Shown: piece by piece, positions 1-12,305 of the stretch
Numbering within the stretch: the first letter of the stretch is position 1
Layout of the letters: each line of letters opens with the position of its first letter
Origin: Vulcanimicrobiota bacterium
GTDB lineage: Bacteria > Vulcanimicrobiota > Vulcanimicrobiia > Vulcanimicrobiales > Vulcanimicrobiaceae
Assembly (NCBI GenBank): GCA_963833095.1
Contig: CAWHWQ010000001.1
Span: forward strand, 32,001 to 96,000
DNA length: 64,000 nucleotides
Reading direction: 5' to 3'
Notes under the pieces: generated by a model
What the model was told of the DNA's origin: nothing
The model's input: only the letters and a program-made list of their open reading frames with translations
The model's database searches: none
Translations under genes and position numbers: made by a program

Positions 1-414
1 GAGCGTCCGCTTGGTATCCGCCTCTCGATTCGGCGGTTTGCAGTGAGCGCACTCGTGGCTCCGAACGGACCGCTCTACGGCGGCCACTACGACATCGCGC
101 TGTTTCCGTTCATCGCGGGCTTCGACCCAGACGTGCGCGACCAATTTTCATGCAAGCGCATTCCGCCGAACGGCTTCAACAAGGCTCGCTACTGCAATCC
201 CGCACTAACTCGGGTTATGAACGAGGCTGTGCGGCCCTACGATCGCGCGGCACGGATTCCGTATTACCGCGAGGTGCAGCGAGTTCTGGCGGCCGATCTG
301 CCGATGGTCGCAATGTACCAGGCTGTTTCCATTGACACATTTCCGTCGTGGCTCCGAAACGAACACGCGGCCGTCAACACGCCCTTTTGGAACGTCGCGG
401 ACTGGACCTACTAA
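1..414 (+). CDS. Peptide/nickel ABC transporter substrate-binding protein, C-terminal part (5' truncated by window)
   Basis: Frame open from base 1; GFNKARYCNPALT...RIPYYREVQRVLAADLPMV and terminal FWNVADW match the family-5 SBP C-terminus. Confidence 0.8.
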   Translation, partial: ERPLGIRLSIRRFAVSALVAPNGPLYGGHYDIALFPFIAGFDPDVRDQFSCKRIPPNGFNKARYCNPALTRVMNEAVRPYDRAARIPYYREVQRVLAADLPMVAMYQAVSIDTFPSWLRNEHAAVNTPFWNVADWTY

Positions 415-467
415 CCTTTATCGCTCGAAGCTGAAGCCTTGACGTTTGAAGTCGGGTTCAAAGCCAC

Positions 468-1340
468 ATGACTACGCAAATTTCGGCCGCCGCATCGGGA
501 CAATTCGCCATCGGCGGCGACCTGACAGTCAACCGGCTCGGCTTCGGAGCCATGCGGATTACCGGCGCAGGCGTTTGGGGCGATCCGAAGGATCTTGCGG
601 GCGCTCGCGCGACTTTGCGTCGCAGCGTCGAGCTCGGCGTGAATTTTATCGACACGGCCGACAGCTACGGACCCGAAGTCAGCGAGAATCTCATTCACGA
701 GGTGCTGCATCCGTATCGCGGTGTCGTGATCGCAACCAAGGGCGGCCTCACCCGCCAAGGTCCGGGTGAGTGGTATCCCGTGGGTCGGGGAGCCTACCTG
801 CAACAATGCGTGCAGATGAGTCTGCGCCGTCTGGGCGTCGAACGTATCGACCTCTGGCAGTTGCACCGCATCGATCCGCAGACCCCGCGCAAAGAGCAGT
901 TTCAGACCATCGCTGCGATGCAACGCGACGGATACATCCGCCACGTTGGCCTTTCCGAAGTGAGCGTCGGCGACATCGAGGAGGCGCAACAGTACTTCCC
1001 GGTCGTCACGGTGCAAAACCAATATAACCTGATCGACCGCAAGAGCGAAGCGGTGCTCGATTACTGCGAGGCGCACAACATCGGCTTCATACCGTGGTTC
1101 CCGCTTGCCGCGGGAGATCTCGCGCAGCCGGGTTCGGTCCTCTCGCAGATCGCGAAGCGTCTGGGCGCAACGACGTCGCAAGTCGCGCTTGCGTGGACGC
1201 TCAAGCGCTCACCGGTGATGCTTCCGATTCCGGGAACCTCGCGCGTCGATCATCTCGAAGAGAACCTTGCAGCGGCGAATCTGGTGCTGCGCGACGAGGA
1301 CTTCGAGGAGCTCGACCGCCAGGCGCGCGCCCTTACGTAA
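468..1340 (+). CDS. Aldo/keto reductase
   Basis: [36 protein letters not shown] motifs. Confidence 0.93.
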   Translation: MTTQISAAASGQFAIGGDLTVNRLGFGAMRITGAGVWGDPKDLAGARATLRRSVELGVNFIDTADSYGPEVSENLIHEVLHPYRGVVIATKGGLTRQGPGEWYPVGRGAYLQQCVQMSLRRLGVERIDLWQLHRIDPQTPRKEQFQTIAAMQRDGYIRHVGLSEVSVGDIEEAQQYFPVVTVQNQYNLIDRKSEAVLDYCEAHNIGFIPWFPLAAGDLAQPGSVLSQIAKRLGATTSQVALAWTLKRSPVMLPIPGTSRVDHLEENLAAANLVLRDEDFEELDRQARALT

Positions 1341-2517
1341 AGGCGGCGAGTCCGGTGATCTGCTGACCGAGGATAAGCATGTGGACCTCGCTCGTGCCTT
1401 CGTACGTGAGTACCGATTCGAGGTTGTTCATGTGGCGGATCACCGGATACTCGAGCGTCACGCCGTTCCCGCCTAAGATCGTGCGCGACTCGCGCGCAAT
1501 AGCGAGCGCCTCGCGCACGTTATTGAGTTTGCCAAAGCTCACCTGCGAAGGATGCAGCCGGCCTTCGTCTTTCATGCGTCCCAAATGCAGTGCGAGCAAC
1601 GAACCTTTCCCCAGTTCAATCAACATGTTCGCGAGCTTTTCTTGCGTCAGCTGAAAACCACCAATGGGCCGGTCGAATTGAACTCGCGTCTTGGCGTAGT
1701 CGAGTGCGGTTTCGTAACAGGCGCGCGCCGCGCCCATCGAACCCCAAATGATTCCGAAGCGAGCCTCGTTCAAACACGCGAGCGGGCCGGCAAGGCCCTT
1801 GGCGAGCGGCAATTGCGCGTCGGTAGGAAGGCGAACGTCCTGCAGCACGAGTTCGCTCGTAATGCTCGCGCGCAGTGAGAGCTTGCGATGGATGTTGTGC
1901 GCCGAAAAGCCCGGCGTCGCTGTCGGAACGACGAAGCCGCGAATCCCGTCGTCGGTATTAGCCCATACGATGGCGACGTCGGCGATCGAGCCGTTGGTGA
2001 TCCACATCTTCGTTCCGTTGAGAATCCAATCGTCGCCGTCGCGCCGCGCAAAGGTGCGCATGCCGGCCGGATTGCTTCCGAAGTCGGGTTCGGTGAGCCC
2101 GAAGCAGCCGATTTTCTGACCGCGCGCCATCTGCGGCAGCCATTCGCGTTTCTGCTCGTCGCTACCCCAATGATGAATGGCAAACATCGCGAGCGACCCT
2201 TGAACCGAGGCGAAGCTACGTACGCCCGAATCACCCGCCTCGAGTTCCATACACGCAAGGCCGTACGCGACCGCGCTTGCGCCGGGACAGTCGAAGCCTT
2301 CGAGATGCATGCCGAGGACGCCGAGCTTGCCCAACTCAGCCCCGAGTTGTTGGGGAAGTACTCCCTCTTCGAACCATTCGGCGACGTTGGGCAGAACGCG
2401 ATCGCGTACGAACGAGCGCACGGTGTCGCGCACCAGCCGCTCCTCGTGCGAGAGCAGCGCATCGAGGCCGAGAAAATCCACCGCATCGGGTGGCGCGAGT
2501 TTGGTTTTAGTGGTCAC
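1333..2517 (-). CDS. Acyl-CoA dehydrogenase (glutaryl-CoA dehydrogenase-like)
   Basis: [40 protein letters not shown] motifs. Confidence 0.9.
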   Translation of the reverse strand: MTTKTKLAPPDAVDFLGLDALLSHEERLVRDTVRSFVRDRVLPNVAEWFEEGVLPQQLGAELGKLGVLGMHLEGFDCPGASAVAYGLACMELEAGDSGVRSFASVQGSLAMFAIHHWGSDEQKREWLPQMARGQKIGCFGLTEPDFGSNPAGMRTFARRDGDDWILNGTKMWITNGSIADVAIVWANTDDGIRGFVVPTATPGFSAHNIHRKLSLRASITSELVLQDVRLPTDAQLPLAKGLAGPLACLNEARFGIIWGSMGAARACYETALDYAKTRVQFDRPIGGFQLTQEKLANMLIELGKGSLLALHLGRMKDEGRLHPSQVSFGKLNNVREALAIARESRTILGGNGVTLEYPVIRHMNNLESVLTYEGTSEVHMLILGQQITGLAAFT

Positions 2518-3500
2518 CGGTTGACGAAGCTCATGTCAGCGTAACGTGCTCCGCTGGCTGCGCCGGCGGGGAATACCGACTCGATCTCGTGCAACTCGGC
2601 GCCGGTGAGCTTCACCTTGAGCGCGCCGACGTTTTCTTCGAGATATTTCACGCGCTTGGTGCCTGGAATCGGAATGACGTCGGGGCCACGCGCGAGCAGC
2701 CACGCCAAGGCAAGTTGCGACGCCGTGCAGCCCTTGCGCTGCGCAAGCTGTTCGACGTGCCGAACCAGATCTAAATTTCGCTGGAAGTTCTCACCCATGA
2801 AGCGTGGACTCGACCGGCGGAAATCGTCCGAAGCGAAGTCATCGGGGCTCGTAATGGCACCGGTGAGAAAGCCGCGCCCAAGCGGCGAGTAGGCGACGAT
2901 CGTGACACCCAATTCGCGCGCCGCGGCGAGCTGGCCGTTTTCTTCCAGGTCGCGCGACCACAGCGACCATTCGTTCTGCAACGCCGCGATCGGATGCACG
3001 GCGTAGGCGCGACGCACGCTGGCCCCACTGGCTTCAGAGAGCCCGAGGTGGCGCACCTTGCCCGCCTTGATCAAATCGGCCATCGCCCCAACGGTCTCTT
3101 CGATCGGCGTCGACGTGTCGACGCGATGCTGGTAATAGAGGTCGATGTGATCGACACCCAGCCGCTTGAGCGAACCATCGCAGGCTGCACGCACGTAGTC
3201 GGCTTTGCCGCTGATACCGCGCCGCGTTGGATCGTTTGGATCGCGTACGATCCCGAACTTGGTGGCCACAAACACCTGGTCGCGGTGGTCCTTGATCGCC
3301 TTGCCGACCAGCTGTTCGTTGGTGAAAGGCCCATACATATCGGCCGTGTCGAGCATCGTGACGCCCAGCTCGAGCGCGCGGTGGATCGTGCGAATCGATT
3401 CAGCCTCGTCACCTGCGCCGTAAAATTCGGACATCCCCATGCAACCGAGGCCGAGCGCTCCTACCTTGGGTCCATTCTTTCCAATCGTACGCTGTTCCAT
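2514..3500 (-). CDS. Aldo/keto reductase
   Basis: [46 protein letters not shown]. Confidence 0.93.
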   Translation of the reverse strand: MEQRTIGKNGPKVGALGLGCMGMSEFYGAGDEAESIRTIHRALELGVTMLDTADMYGPFTNEQLVGKAIKDHRDQVFVATKFGIVRDPNDPTRRGISGKADYVRAACDGSLKRLGVDHIDLYYQHRVDTSTPIEETVGAMADLIKAGKVRHLGLSEASGASVRRAYAVHPIAALQNEWSLWSRDLEENGQLAAARELGVTIVAYSPLGRGFLTGAITSPDDFASDDFRRSSPRFMGENFQRNLDLVRHVEQLAQRKGCTASQLALAWLLARGPDVIPIPGTKRVKYLEENVGALKVKLTGAELHEIESVFPAGAASGARYADMSFVNR

Positions 3501-3507
3501 GGCTCCT

Positions 3508-3933
3508 CTACCGTTTTAGGACGCGCGTAATTTTGTCGAAGAGCGCTTCGATCGAACGCTCGAATGAATCTTCGAGACGACGCCACAATAGACGCCCGTC
3601 GGTGTCGGTCAGCGTACCCTCGATGCGATACTCGAGCACGGTCTGCTTGCCGTCGGCACTCAGATAGAAACCGTGGGTACCGTTGACGCCGTCATTGAGG
3701 ATCCGCCACACGATGCGCTCTTCGGGTACAACCTCGGCGAGCATGGCATGGATGCCCAGGTGCCACTCCTCGGTCCGATCCGGAACGAGCGGACCCGGGG
3801 ACCGCATGAACGGTTGCGAAGCGAAGGGCCAGATCTGGTCCCCCGACGTCCCCATCTCTTCGAGCAGATGGAAGATCCGGCGTTTCGTACCGTGGAACGT
3901 CCGGGCGCGCGATTCTCGAAGGTCGATTGGCAT
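3508..3933 (-). CDS. Hypothetical protein, possible SRPBCC/START-like fold
   Basis: 141 aa, co-oriented with neighbours; [17 protein letters not shown] pattern resembles SRPBCC. Confidence 0.55.
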   Translation of the reverse strand: MPIDLRESRARTFHGTKRRIFHLLEEMGTSGDQIWPFASQPFMRSPGPLVPDRTEEWHLGIHAMLAEVVPEERIVWRILNDGVNGTHGFYLSADGKQTVLEYRIEGTLTDTDGRLLWRRLEDSFERSIEALFDKITRVLKR

Positions 3934-3958
3934 GGCGCCTGGTTCGAGGCGCCGCAGG

Positions 3959-4696
3959 CTAGCTCATCTGTCGTTCGGCGAGGTGTACGCTGGTCAACAA
4001 AACGAATCGCGCGCCACCCAACTCGCCGGCTCGATCGTAGAGTGCGCGCAATTCCGCCGTCATCGACTCGTATGCGGGGCCCTCGCGGGGTAGGTACGAG
4101 GCTGAGCGCGTGCGCCCGATAAGCCCTTCCCAGTCCACGGTCTTTTCATGCCGAAAATCGAGCACGCGTACCCGCGTCCACCCGTGTTTGCGCAGGTCGT
4201 CATCGACTGCGGTTTTACGTCGACGGGTCTCCGTGTCGTCCGTCATGTACCGGCGGATGATGTCGCTATATGCGAGCATGAACTGATCGGACTCGTCGCG
4301 CTCGTTCCAAACGGCGGCGAATCGTGCACGCGGACTGCCTATGCGCTCGGCTTCGCCCAGCACACGATCTGGATCGAACCAGTGGTAGGCCTGGAACGCC
4401 GTGATGATGTCCACGCTGCGATCAGGAAGCGTTGTCCCCTCCGCCGTTCCGTCAACCACGACGACGTCGGCCCGAGACGGAATCGACGAACGCATGGCGC
4501 CGTTCGGTTCGATTGCAAAAACGTGCGCGCCCGCATCGGCGAGCAAGACCGACGAAATCCCGGTACCGGCTCCAAGATCGGCAATGCGGGGCTTTGTGAA
4601 TCCGTCGAGTATCGCTGCGATCGCCTCGACCGGATAACTGGGCCGATAACGCGCATAGTCTTCCGCGCGCTTGCTGAACCTCGTCGTCGGATCCAT
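3959..4696 (-). CDS. Class I SAM-dependent methyltransferase
   Basis: YARYRPSYP, IADLGAGTG, AIEPN, AFQAYHWFD. Confidence 0.9.
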   Translation of the reverse strand: MDPTTRFSKRAEDYARYRPSYPVEAIAAILDGFTKPRIADLGAGTGISSVLLADAGAHVFAIEPNGAMRSSIPSRADVVVVDGTAEGTTLPDRSVDIITAFQAYHWFDPDRVLGEAERIGSPRARFAAVWNERDESDQFMLAYSDIIRRYMTDDTETRRRKTAVDDDLRKHGWTRVRVLDFRHEKTVDWEGLIGRTRSASYLPREGPAYESMTAELRALYDRAGELGGARFVLLTSVHLAERQMS

Positions 4697-4707
4697 AACG
4701 CGTGATA

Positions 4708-4944
4708 CTACGGCTTCGGCTCGCTCCCTCGCTCCGCGAGTTTGCCGAGATGCTGGACGACGAGGATCGCAATAATCGTCACGATGACCGCGTAGATAAG
4801 CTCAGCGATCACGCCGTTGCCCGGCTTAAGGAATAAGGCAATGAAATCTGAGATGAACTTATTCCACGCCCCAGCTGCAATCAGGCCGAAAGCCACCGTC
4901 GCGAGCGAGAGCATCGTACCGAAATAGGTCGGTTTGAGTTCCAT
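4708..4944 (-). CDS. Small membrane protein, DUF5654-like
   Basis: Two hydrophobic helices; AFGLIAAGAWN motif; GGAG RBS. Confidence 0.7.
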   Translation of the reverse strand: MELKPTYFGTMLSLATVAFGLIAAGAWNKFISDFIALFLKPGNGVIAELIYAVIVTIIAILVVQHLGKLAERGSEPKP

Positions 4945-4965
4945 GAGAGTCTCCTTATCGTTCGT

Positions 4966-5361
4966 CTACTTAAGGCGGAACCGCACGCACGGATAGCCGA
5001 CGGCGCACGGGTTGTTGACGACGGTCGCTCGGATGTTCCCGTTGGAATCCGCGTTCCTGCCTTGGGTGCTCACGAGCGGATGCGCGCAATTCTTCTGCGC
5101 CGTCATTTCGAAAAGCGCTTCTTCGGGACGTTCGGAGAAGTCGGCGCGGTGGCTATTGCTGTGCGGTCCGACGCAGTACCACGCGATATTCTCAATCCGG
5201 GTGCCGATGATCTTTTCCACCGAGGCGCGCACCGTCACCCAGACCCATCCGTCGCTTTCATTCGCGACGTCGACGGTCCAGTTGCCCGCGGACGCAGGCA
5301 ACGAACTGAGCATGATCGCGCCGGCAATGAGGGTCGCAACGCAGAGTGTCTTGAGTCGCAT
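4966..5361 (-). CDS. Secreted hypothetical protein
   Basis: Signal peptide ending ASA; four Cys in mature part; GAGGTGA RBS. Confidence 0.7.
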   Translation of the reverse strand: MRLKTLCVATLIAGAIMLSSLPASAGNWTVDVANESDGWVWVTVRASVEKIIGTRIENIAWYCVGPHSNSHRADFSERPEEALFEMTAQKNCAHPLVSTQGRNADSNGNIRATVVNNPCAVGYPCVRFRLK

Positions 5362-5379
5362 GGGTCACCTCAAGGAAAG

Positions 5380-5409
5380 AAAAAAGCCCGAAGCAATGCT
5401 TCGAGCTTT
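5380..5409 (-). terminator. Intrinsic terminator of the str-rpsJ operon
   Basis: Minus strand AAAGCTCGAAGCA-T-TGCTTCGGGCTTT hairpin running into a U-tract. Confidence 0.8.
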
Positions 5410-5422
5410 GATGTTTCCGCTG

Positions 5423-5465
5423 CCCTTCGAGGCCCGCCTGCGGCGCGCACCTCAGGGTGACAAAT
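5423..5465. repeat. REP-like palindromic repeat, copy A
   Basis: cccttcgagg...ctcagggtgacaaat; last 15 bp are the exact reverse complement of 5839-5853. Confidence 0.6.
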
Positions 5466-5468
5466 GCA

Positions 5469-5777
5469 CTACGCCTTGAGTTCGATGTCGACGCCGGCTG
5501 GGAGATCGAGGTGCATGAGTGCATCCATCGTCTTGGGCGAGGCTTGAAGGATGTCGATGAGCCGCTTGTGCGTGCGCATCTCGAAGTGCTCGCGCGACTT
5601 CTTGTCGTTATTCGTCGAGCGTTGGACGCAAAAACGGTTGATCTCGGTTGGCAACGGCACCGGACCGCTCACGAACGCACCGGTGCGTTTGGCAGTATCG
5701 ACGATACGCTCGGCCGACTGGTCGAGAACTTTGTGATCGTACGCTTTCAGACGAATGCGAATCTTCTGCTTTGACAT
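5469..5777 (-). CDS. rpsJ: 30S ribosomal protein S10
   Basis: [34 protein letters not shown]. Confidence 0.99.
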   Translation of the reverse strand: MSKQKIRIRLKAYDHKVLDQSAERIVDTAKRTGAFVSGPVPLPTEINRFCVQRSTNNDKKSREHFEMRTHKRLIDILQASPKTMDALMHLDLPAGVDIELKA

Positions 5778-5818
5778 CTCTATCCTATATTTTCAATGAA
5801 CTCAAGGGGCCAGGGGCT

Positions 5819-5847
5819 ACTCTACCACGGAGTCAGGTATTTGTCAC
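5819..5847 (-). promoter_or_regulatory. Putative internal sigma70 promoter for rpsJ
   Basis: GTGACA (5847-5842), 17 bp spacer, extended -10 TGgTAGAGT (-10 at 5824-5819). Confidence 0.55.
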
Positions 5848-5933
5848 CCTGAGCGTTAGCGCGTAAGCGCGAAGTCGTGTATGGCAGTCTACGGTCGGCT
5901 ACGGCGCTTCGCGCCTACGCTCGGGATGACAAG
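5839..5933. repeat. REP/REPIN-like hairpin element, copy B (tuf-rpsJ spacer)
   Basis: ttgtcaccctgagcgt pairs with acgctcgggatgacaa; ctacgctcgggatgacaag is shared with copies C and D. Confidence 0.75.
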
Positions 5934-5937
5934 GGGA

Positions 5938-7136
<1,199 letters not shown>

Positions 7137-7175
7137 GATTCTATCGTTCTTCCTTATTTATCCGTCGATGAGTTA

Positions 7176-9278
7176 TTAAGCGGGTGCGCCTTTTTTGCCG
7201 GCCGACTTCGCGATGATCTCTTCAGTGACGGACTTCGGCGCTTTCTCGTAGCGAGAGAACTCCATCGTGTACGTCGCCCGGCCTTGCGTCGCTGAACGCA
7301 TGTCGGTGGCGTACCCGAACATTTCCGAGAGTGGGACGTTGGCGGTGATGATCTGCGCGCCGCCCGGAGCTTCTTCCGTCGCTTGGATCATGCCGCGGCG
7401 GCGGTTGAGGTCGCCGGTGATCGCGCCCATGTAATCCTTGGGCGTGGTCACTTCGACTTTCATGATCGGTTCGAGCAGAATCGGCCCGGCCGCGCGATTG
7501 GCTTCTTTCCAGCCCATCGATGCGGCGATCTTGAACGCCATTTCCGACGAGTCGACGTCGTGGTACGAACCGTCGAACGCGGTCACCTTGAAGTCGAGCA
7601 CCGGGAATCCCGCGAGCACGCCGCTCTGCGACGACTCTTGGATACCCTGCTGCACGGCCTTGGAGTATTCTTTGGGAACCGCGCCGCCGACGATCTTCCA
7701 CTCGAACTGGAATCCAGAGCCAGGCTCGAGCGGTTCGACGCGCAGCCACACGTCGCCGTATTGACCCTTACCACCGGACTGCCGGACGAACTTGCCCTGC
7801 TTCTCAACGGTCTTGGTGATCGCTTCTTTGTATGCGACCTGCGGTTTGCCGACGTTGGCTTCGACCTTGAACTCGCGACGCAGGCGGTCGAGGATGATTT
7901 CGAGATGCAGTTCGCCCATGCCGGCGATGATCGTTTGTTGCGTCTCTTCGTCGGTCCACATCCGGAACGTGGGATCCTCTTGCGCAAGGCGCGTGAGCCC
8001 CTTGCCGAGTTGATCCTGGTCGGCCTTCGACTTCGGTTCGATAGCCTGCGAGATGACCGGTTCGGGGAACGTGATCGATTCGAGCAAGATCGTATGCTTC
8101 TCGTCGCACAGCGTATCGCCGGTGCGCGTGTCGGAAAGTCCGACCGCGGCTGCGATGTCGCCCGCGCCGATAGCATCGATGTCCTCGCGATGGTTCGCGT
8201 GCATCCGCAGAATGCGGCCGATGCGCTCTTTGCGGCCCGAACGCGCGTTGTAGACGTACGAGCCCTTCTCGAGCGTGCCCGAGTAGACGCGGAAGTACGT
8301 CAAGTTGCCGTACGGATCGGTCGCGATCTTGAACGCGAGCGCCGCGAACGGCTCATTGTCATCCGGTTTGCGCGTGATCTCGTCGCCGTTCTTATCCTTG
8401 CCGACGATGGCTTTGGCTTCCAGCGGTGAGGGCAAATAGTCGACCACGGCGTCGAGCAGCGGCTGCACACCCTTGTTCTTGAATGCCGAACCGCACAGCA
8501 TCGGCAATACCGACCCTGCGATCGTCGCTTTGCGCAGCGCGGTCTTCATACGATCGACCGGCAATTCTTTGCCGTCGAAGAACATCTCGAGCAACTCGTC
8601 GTCTTGCTCGGCGATCGCCTCGATCAATTCTTGGCGCCACTTCTCGGCGGTTGCCTTGAGCTCGCCGTCCGCATCGGTCAGCGGCTCGTCACCCATCGTG
8701 TTGCCCAGGTCGTCGGTGTAGATGACCTTGTGCATCGTGAACAGGTCAACCACGCCGAGGAACTTATCCTCGGCGCCGATCGGCACTTGGATCGGGACGG
8801 CGCGCGCACCCAGGCGTTCGCGAATCTTCGCGACCACATTGAAGAAGTCGGCGCCCATGCGGTCCATCTTGTTGACGAAGATGATCCGGGGCACTTTGTA
8901 CTTATTGGCTTGGCGCCAGACCGTCTCGGACTGGGGCTGGACAGCCGCAACCGAATCGAAGAGCGCGACGAGGCCGTCGAGCACGCGCAAAGAGCGCTCG
9001 ACCTCGACCGTGAAGTCCACGTGCCCAGGCGTATCAATGATGTTGATGCGGTTCTCGCGCCACGTGCATGCCGTCGCCGCCGACGTGATCGTGATGCCAC
9101 GCTCCTGCTCCTGGACCATCCAGTCCATGGTTGCAGCGCCGTCATGCACCTCACCGATCTTGTGCACCCGTCCGGTGTAGAACAGAATGCGCTCGGTGCA
9201 GGTGGTCTTGCCGGCGTCGATGTGCGCCGCGATACCGATATTGCGAGTCCGCTCGAGCGGAAAATCTCTGGTTGCCAC
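7176..9278 (-). CDS. fusA: Elongation factor G
   Basis: [29 protein letters not shown]; str operon position. Confidence 0.99.
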   Translation of the reverse strand: MATRDFPLERTRNIGIAAHIDAGKTTCTERILFYTGRVHKIGEVHDGAATMDWMVQEQERGITITSAATACTWRENRINIIDTPGHVDFTVEVERSLRVLDGLVALFDSVAAVQPQSETVWRQANKYKVPRIIFVNKMDRMGADFFNVVAKIRERLGARAVPIQVPIGAEDKFLGVVDLFTMHKVIYTDDLGNTMGDEPLTDADGELKATAEKWRQELIEAIAEQDDELLEMFFDGKELPVDRMKTALRKATIAGSVLPMLCGSAFKNKGVQPLLDAVVDYLPSPLEAKAIVGKDKNGDEITRKPDDNEPFAALAFKIATDPYGNLTYFRVYSGTLEKGSYVYNARSGRKERIGRILRMHANHREDIDAIGAGDIAAAVGLSDTRTGDTLCDEKHTILLESITFPEPVISQAIEPKSKADQDQLGKGLTRLAQEDPTFRMWTDEETQQTIIAGMGELHLEIILDRLRREFKVEANVGKPQVAYKEAITKTVEKQGKFVRQSGGKGQYGDVWLRVEPLEPGSGFQFEWKIVGGAVPKEYSKAVQQGIQESSQSGVLAGFPVLDFKVTAFDGSYHDVDSSEMAFKIAASMGWKEANRAAGPILLEPIMKVEVTTPKDYMGAITGDLNRRRGMIQATEEAPGGAQIITANVPLSEMFGYATDMRSATQGRATYTMEFSRYEKAPKSVTEEIIAKSAGKKGAPA

Positions 9279-9299
9279 GTTCCTAAATGTTCTGGTGAA

Positions 9300-9770
9300 T
9301 TACCAACGGTAGTGGGCGAAGGCTTTGTTGGCCTCGGCCATCTTGTGCGTGTCTTCGCGCTTCTTAATCGTCGCGCCGGTGTTGTTGGATGCGTCGAGCA
9401 GTTCGCCCGCCAGCTTCTCCTCAAACGAACGTCCGCCGCGTGCACGGGCGTAACCGATCAGCCAGCGCATCGCCATCGCCTGACGGCGGTCCGGGCGGAC
9501 CTCCATCGGCACCTGGTAGGTCGCACCGCCAACGCGCCGCGGACGCACTTCGACCAGCGGCATCGCGTTCGAAAGCGCCTGCTGGAAAATCTCATACGGA
9601 TCGCGACCCGTCTTCTCGGCAATGATGTTGAGCGCGCCGTAGGTGACCTGTTCGGCGGTCGACTTCTTCCCGCTGAGCATCACCTTGTTGATGAAGCGCG
9701 CGAGTATCTTCGAGTTGAACTTCGGGTCGGGCAGAATCTGCCGCTTGGGAGCCGGTCCTTTACGTGGCAT
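9300..9770 (-). CDS. rpsG: 30S ribosomal protein S7
   Basis: [26 protein letters not shown]. Confidence 0.99.
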   Translation of the reverse strand: MPRKGPAPKRQILPDPKFNSKILARFINKVMLSGKKSTAEQVTYGALNIIAEKTGRDPYEIFQQALSNAMPLVEVRPRRVGGATYQVPMEVRPDRRQAMAMRWLIGYARARGGRSFEEKLAGELLDASNNTGATIKKREDTHKMAEANKAFAHYRW

Positions 9771-9778
9771 CTATTTCC

Positions 9779-10219
9779 TTACTTCTTCACGGTGCGCTTG
9801 GCGCCGTATTTCGAGCGGCCTTGCTTGCGGTTGGCGGTGCCGGCAGTGTCCAGCGTACCGCGGATGATGTGATAGCGAACGCCCGGAAGATCTTTCACAC
9901 GACCGCCGCGCACCAGCACGACCGAGTGCTCTTGCAAGTTATGGCCGATGCCGGGGATGTACGCCGTCACTTCCTCGCCGTTGGTCAAGCGCACACGCGC
10001 AACTTTGCGCAGCGCCGAATTCGGCTTCTTGGGGGTTACGGTCTTCACTTGAGTGCAGACGCCGCGACGCTGCGGGTTGCCCGTCACTTCAAACTGACGC
10101 GTCGGAAGATCCGGATGACCCGGCTTCGGCCCGGTGAGGATCACACGGAACGCGCGGGTTTTGACCTTCTTTTCCGTCTTCGCCCGGCCCTTACGGACGA
10201 GCTGATTAATCGTGGGCAA
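9779..10219 (-). CDS. rpsL: 30S ribosomal protein S12 (TTG start)
   Basis: [36 protein letters not shown] before TTG at 10219. Confidence 0.98.
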   Translation of the reverse strand: MPTINQLVRKGRAKTEKKVKTRAFRVILTGPKPGHPDLPTRQFEVTGNPQRRGVCTQVKTVTPKKPNSALRKVARVRLTNGEEVTAYIPGIGHNLQEHSVVLVRGGRVKDLPGVRYHIIRGTLDTAGTANRKQGRSKYGAKRTVKK

Positions 10220-10281
10220 CAGCGTCTCCCTAGCAACACACACAAAGTGGGCCGCACCTGCCGGTGGGCCTGAACTACGGC

Positions 10282-10310
10282 AGTATATCAGGGGGAAAGG
10301 GAGGCGTCAA
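10282..10310 (-). promoter_or_regulatory. sigma70 promoter of the str operon
   Basis: TTGACG, 17 bp spacer, TGaTATACT. Confidence 0.8.
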
Positions 10311-10372
10311 ATGGTGAGGACGGATCAACCGGAGGCCGGGCGCCACAGCTTGCGGCCGCAGCCTTGAGCCGG

Positions 10373-11164
10373 TTAATACCAGCCGAGCAAGCGGACTTCC
10401 CCGCTTACCGCGGCAGCCGCGGCTTTGGCTGCTTCCTCGGCCTCACACTCGAGTTCGGCATAAAAGATGTACTCGAACGGACGACCGGGCAGTGGGCGCG
10501 CCACTAGGGCCCGCAGGTTCAGGCCGCGCTCGGCGAAGACGCCGAGCGCCGAATGCAGGCTGCCCGGCTGGTGCGGGAGGACGAACGCCAGCACGGCCCG
10601 CCCGAGGCGTCTCCGGGCGACGCCCTCGCAAGCGATTACAAAGAAGCGCGTGAAGTTTTCCGCCTCGTCTTGGATCGCGTCGGCTAGAACCCGGCCGCCA
10701 TAACGCTGGGCACTTGCCGCCGGACCGATGGCGGCGTGCGCGCGGTCACCTTGGCGAACGATATCTTTGACCGCGCCCGCAGTGTCGGCAACCGCGACGA
10801 CTTCGACGCCGGGGAGCGAGGCAAGAAAGCGCCGGCATTGCTCGAGTGCGACCGGATGCGATTCGACGCGCCGAACACCGTCGAGGCTCGCGCCCTCGAT
10901 CCCGATGAGCGTTTGCACGATCCGATGCACGGTTTCGTCGACAATCGCAACGCGCGGATGCATATAAAGTAGATCGTAGGCGCGCGTCACCGGGCCGTGG
11001 ATGCTGTTCTCGCAGGGAAGCAGACCCACGGGTATCTCGCCGGTGTCGACCGCTTCGACAAGCGCATCGAACGTCGGATAGCCGCGCGATTCGATTGCGC
11101 CGAACAGACGTGCCGCCGCCTCCTCGCTGAAGGCCCCAGGCTCACCTTGAAATCCGACGAGCAT
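10373..11164 (-). CDS. pheA: Prephenate dehydratase
   Basis: FQGEPGAFSE, PCENS, SHPVALEQC, NFTRF, C-terminal ACT domain; start reassigned to MLVGFQG. Confidence 0.92.
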   Translation of the reverse strand: MLVGFQGEPGAFSEEAAARLFGAIESRGYPTFDALVEAVDTGEIPVGLLPCENSIHGPVTRAYDLLYMHPRVAIVDETVHRIVQTLIGIEGASLDGVRRVESHPVALEQCRRFLASLPGVEVVAVADTAGAVKDIVRQGDRAHAAIGPAASAQRYGGRVLADAIQDEAENFTRFFVIACEGVARRRLGRAVLAFVLPHQPGSLHSALGVFAERGLNLRALVARPLPGRPFEYIFYAELECEAEEAAKAAAAAVSGEVRLLGWY

Positions 11165-11903
11165 CGAGAGCCTTTCTAAAACCCTGGAGTTCGCTTTGCA
11201 GTGCATCGCGGTTGGCGGCAAAAATTTCGTCCCACATTTGCGGCGACGACCGGCCCAGGCGCAGCAGCTCGCGCGCCGCCGGTCCGCAGAGCGCATCCAC
11301 CAGCGCAGGATCGCTCGATGCTCGCTCGCTCACGCATTGTGTGAATGCGTAGGCGATAAACTGCGGCAGGTGCGAGGTCAGCGCGACGATTGCATCGTGA
11401 TCGGCTGCATCCACGGCGAGTGACGTCGCGCCGAGCGCCTCGACGAAGACGCGTGCTTGCGCGCTGCGTAGTTCATCTGAGGTCGGCACGAAACACCAGA
11501 TGCGGCCTTCGAACAGATCGCTACGCGCCGCGTCGGGGCCGCGCCGCTCCGCACCGGCCATCGGGTGTGTCGACACGAAGGTCGCAATTCCATCGGCTGC
11601 TCGTACGATTGGCGCTTTCACCGACGCCACATCAATGATGAGCTGATCGTCGCGCAGCGCACGCCACCGCAGTGATGCAACCTCTTCGAGCGTGCCGCTA
11701 ACATGCGCCGCGATGACGACGACATCGGCGCCACCATAGATTTCATCGCGCTCGGCAATGCGATCGATCGCGCCCTTTCGCAATGCGCCGCTTGCGGCAG
11801 CCGGGTCGCGGTCGTATCCCAGCGCCTCCCAGCCGCGTTCGCGCGCGGCAAGCCCGATCGATGCGCCGATCAATCCGGTGCCGATAATGCCAACGCACGG
11901 CAT
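11142..11903 (-). CDS. tyrA: Prephenate dehydrogenase
   Basis: GTGLIGAS, DVASVK, HPMAGAE, HD..ALTSHLP. Confidence 0.92.
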   Translation of the reverse strand: MPCVGIIGTGLIGASIGLAARERGWEALGYDRDPAAASGALRKGAIDRIAERDEIYGGADVVVIAAHVSGTLEEVASLRWRALRDDQLIIDVASVKAPIVRAADGIATFVSTHPMAGAERRGPDAARSDLFEGRIWCFVPTSDELRSAQARVFVEALGATSLAVDAADHDAIVALTSHLPQFIAYAFTQCVSERASSDPALVDALCGPAARELLRLGRSSPQMWDEIFAANRDALQSELQGFRKALDARRISR

Positions 11904-11906
11904 CGG

Positions 11907-12305
11907 CTAGGTCGTCGTCGTACGAGCGAGGTCGGGACGCAACACGACCGCTCCGTCGAGATAGACGTGTTCGATTGCATCGATCGTTCGCGTGGTATTG
12001 ACGTGCATCAGCACGCGAATGACGCGCTCGAGCGACCCGGGAACGTCGATTTCGCAGAAATGCAACATTGGCACGTTCGTCCAGCCCATCTCACGTGCGC
12101 CCAGCGCAGGGAAGACCGCGCGCAGGTCCGGCGTGAGACTGAAAAGCACGGAAGCGATATCATCGATCTCGACCTCATTCCGCTCGATCATTGCAGTCAG
12201 GAGGCGTTTGGTGGCGTCGACGATCGCCGCGCCCTCATCACGCTCGACGGTGATGGCGCCGCGAATACCGCGTACTTTGCAGCCGCGCCACTCCGCTTCT
12301 TTCAT
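11907..12305 (-). CDS. aroH: Chorismate mutase, AroH type
   Basis: VRGIRGAITV, FPALGAR, HVYLDGAVVLRPDL. Confidence 0.93.
   Translation of the reverse strand: MKEAEWRGCKVRGIRGAITVERDEGAAIVDATKRLLTAMIERNEVEIDDIASVLFSLTPDLRAVFPALGAREMGWTNVPMLHFCEIDVPGSLERVIRVLMHVNTTRTIDAIEHVYLDGAVVLRPDLARTTTT

Noticed and set aside
5423..5933. rpsJ as cargo of a composite transposon
   Set aside because: rpsJ is in its normal position after tuf; no transposase or target duplication seen
8604..9872. Long antisense ORFs (also 7383-8429, 11703-12815, 17878-19104, 49788-50852, 52041-53141, 61427-62365)
   Set aside because: Shadow frames of conserved genes in high-GC DNA with no recognisable motifs
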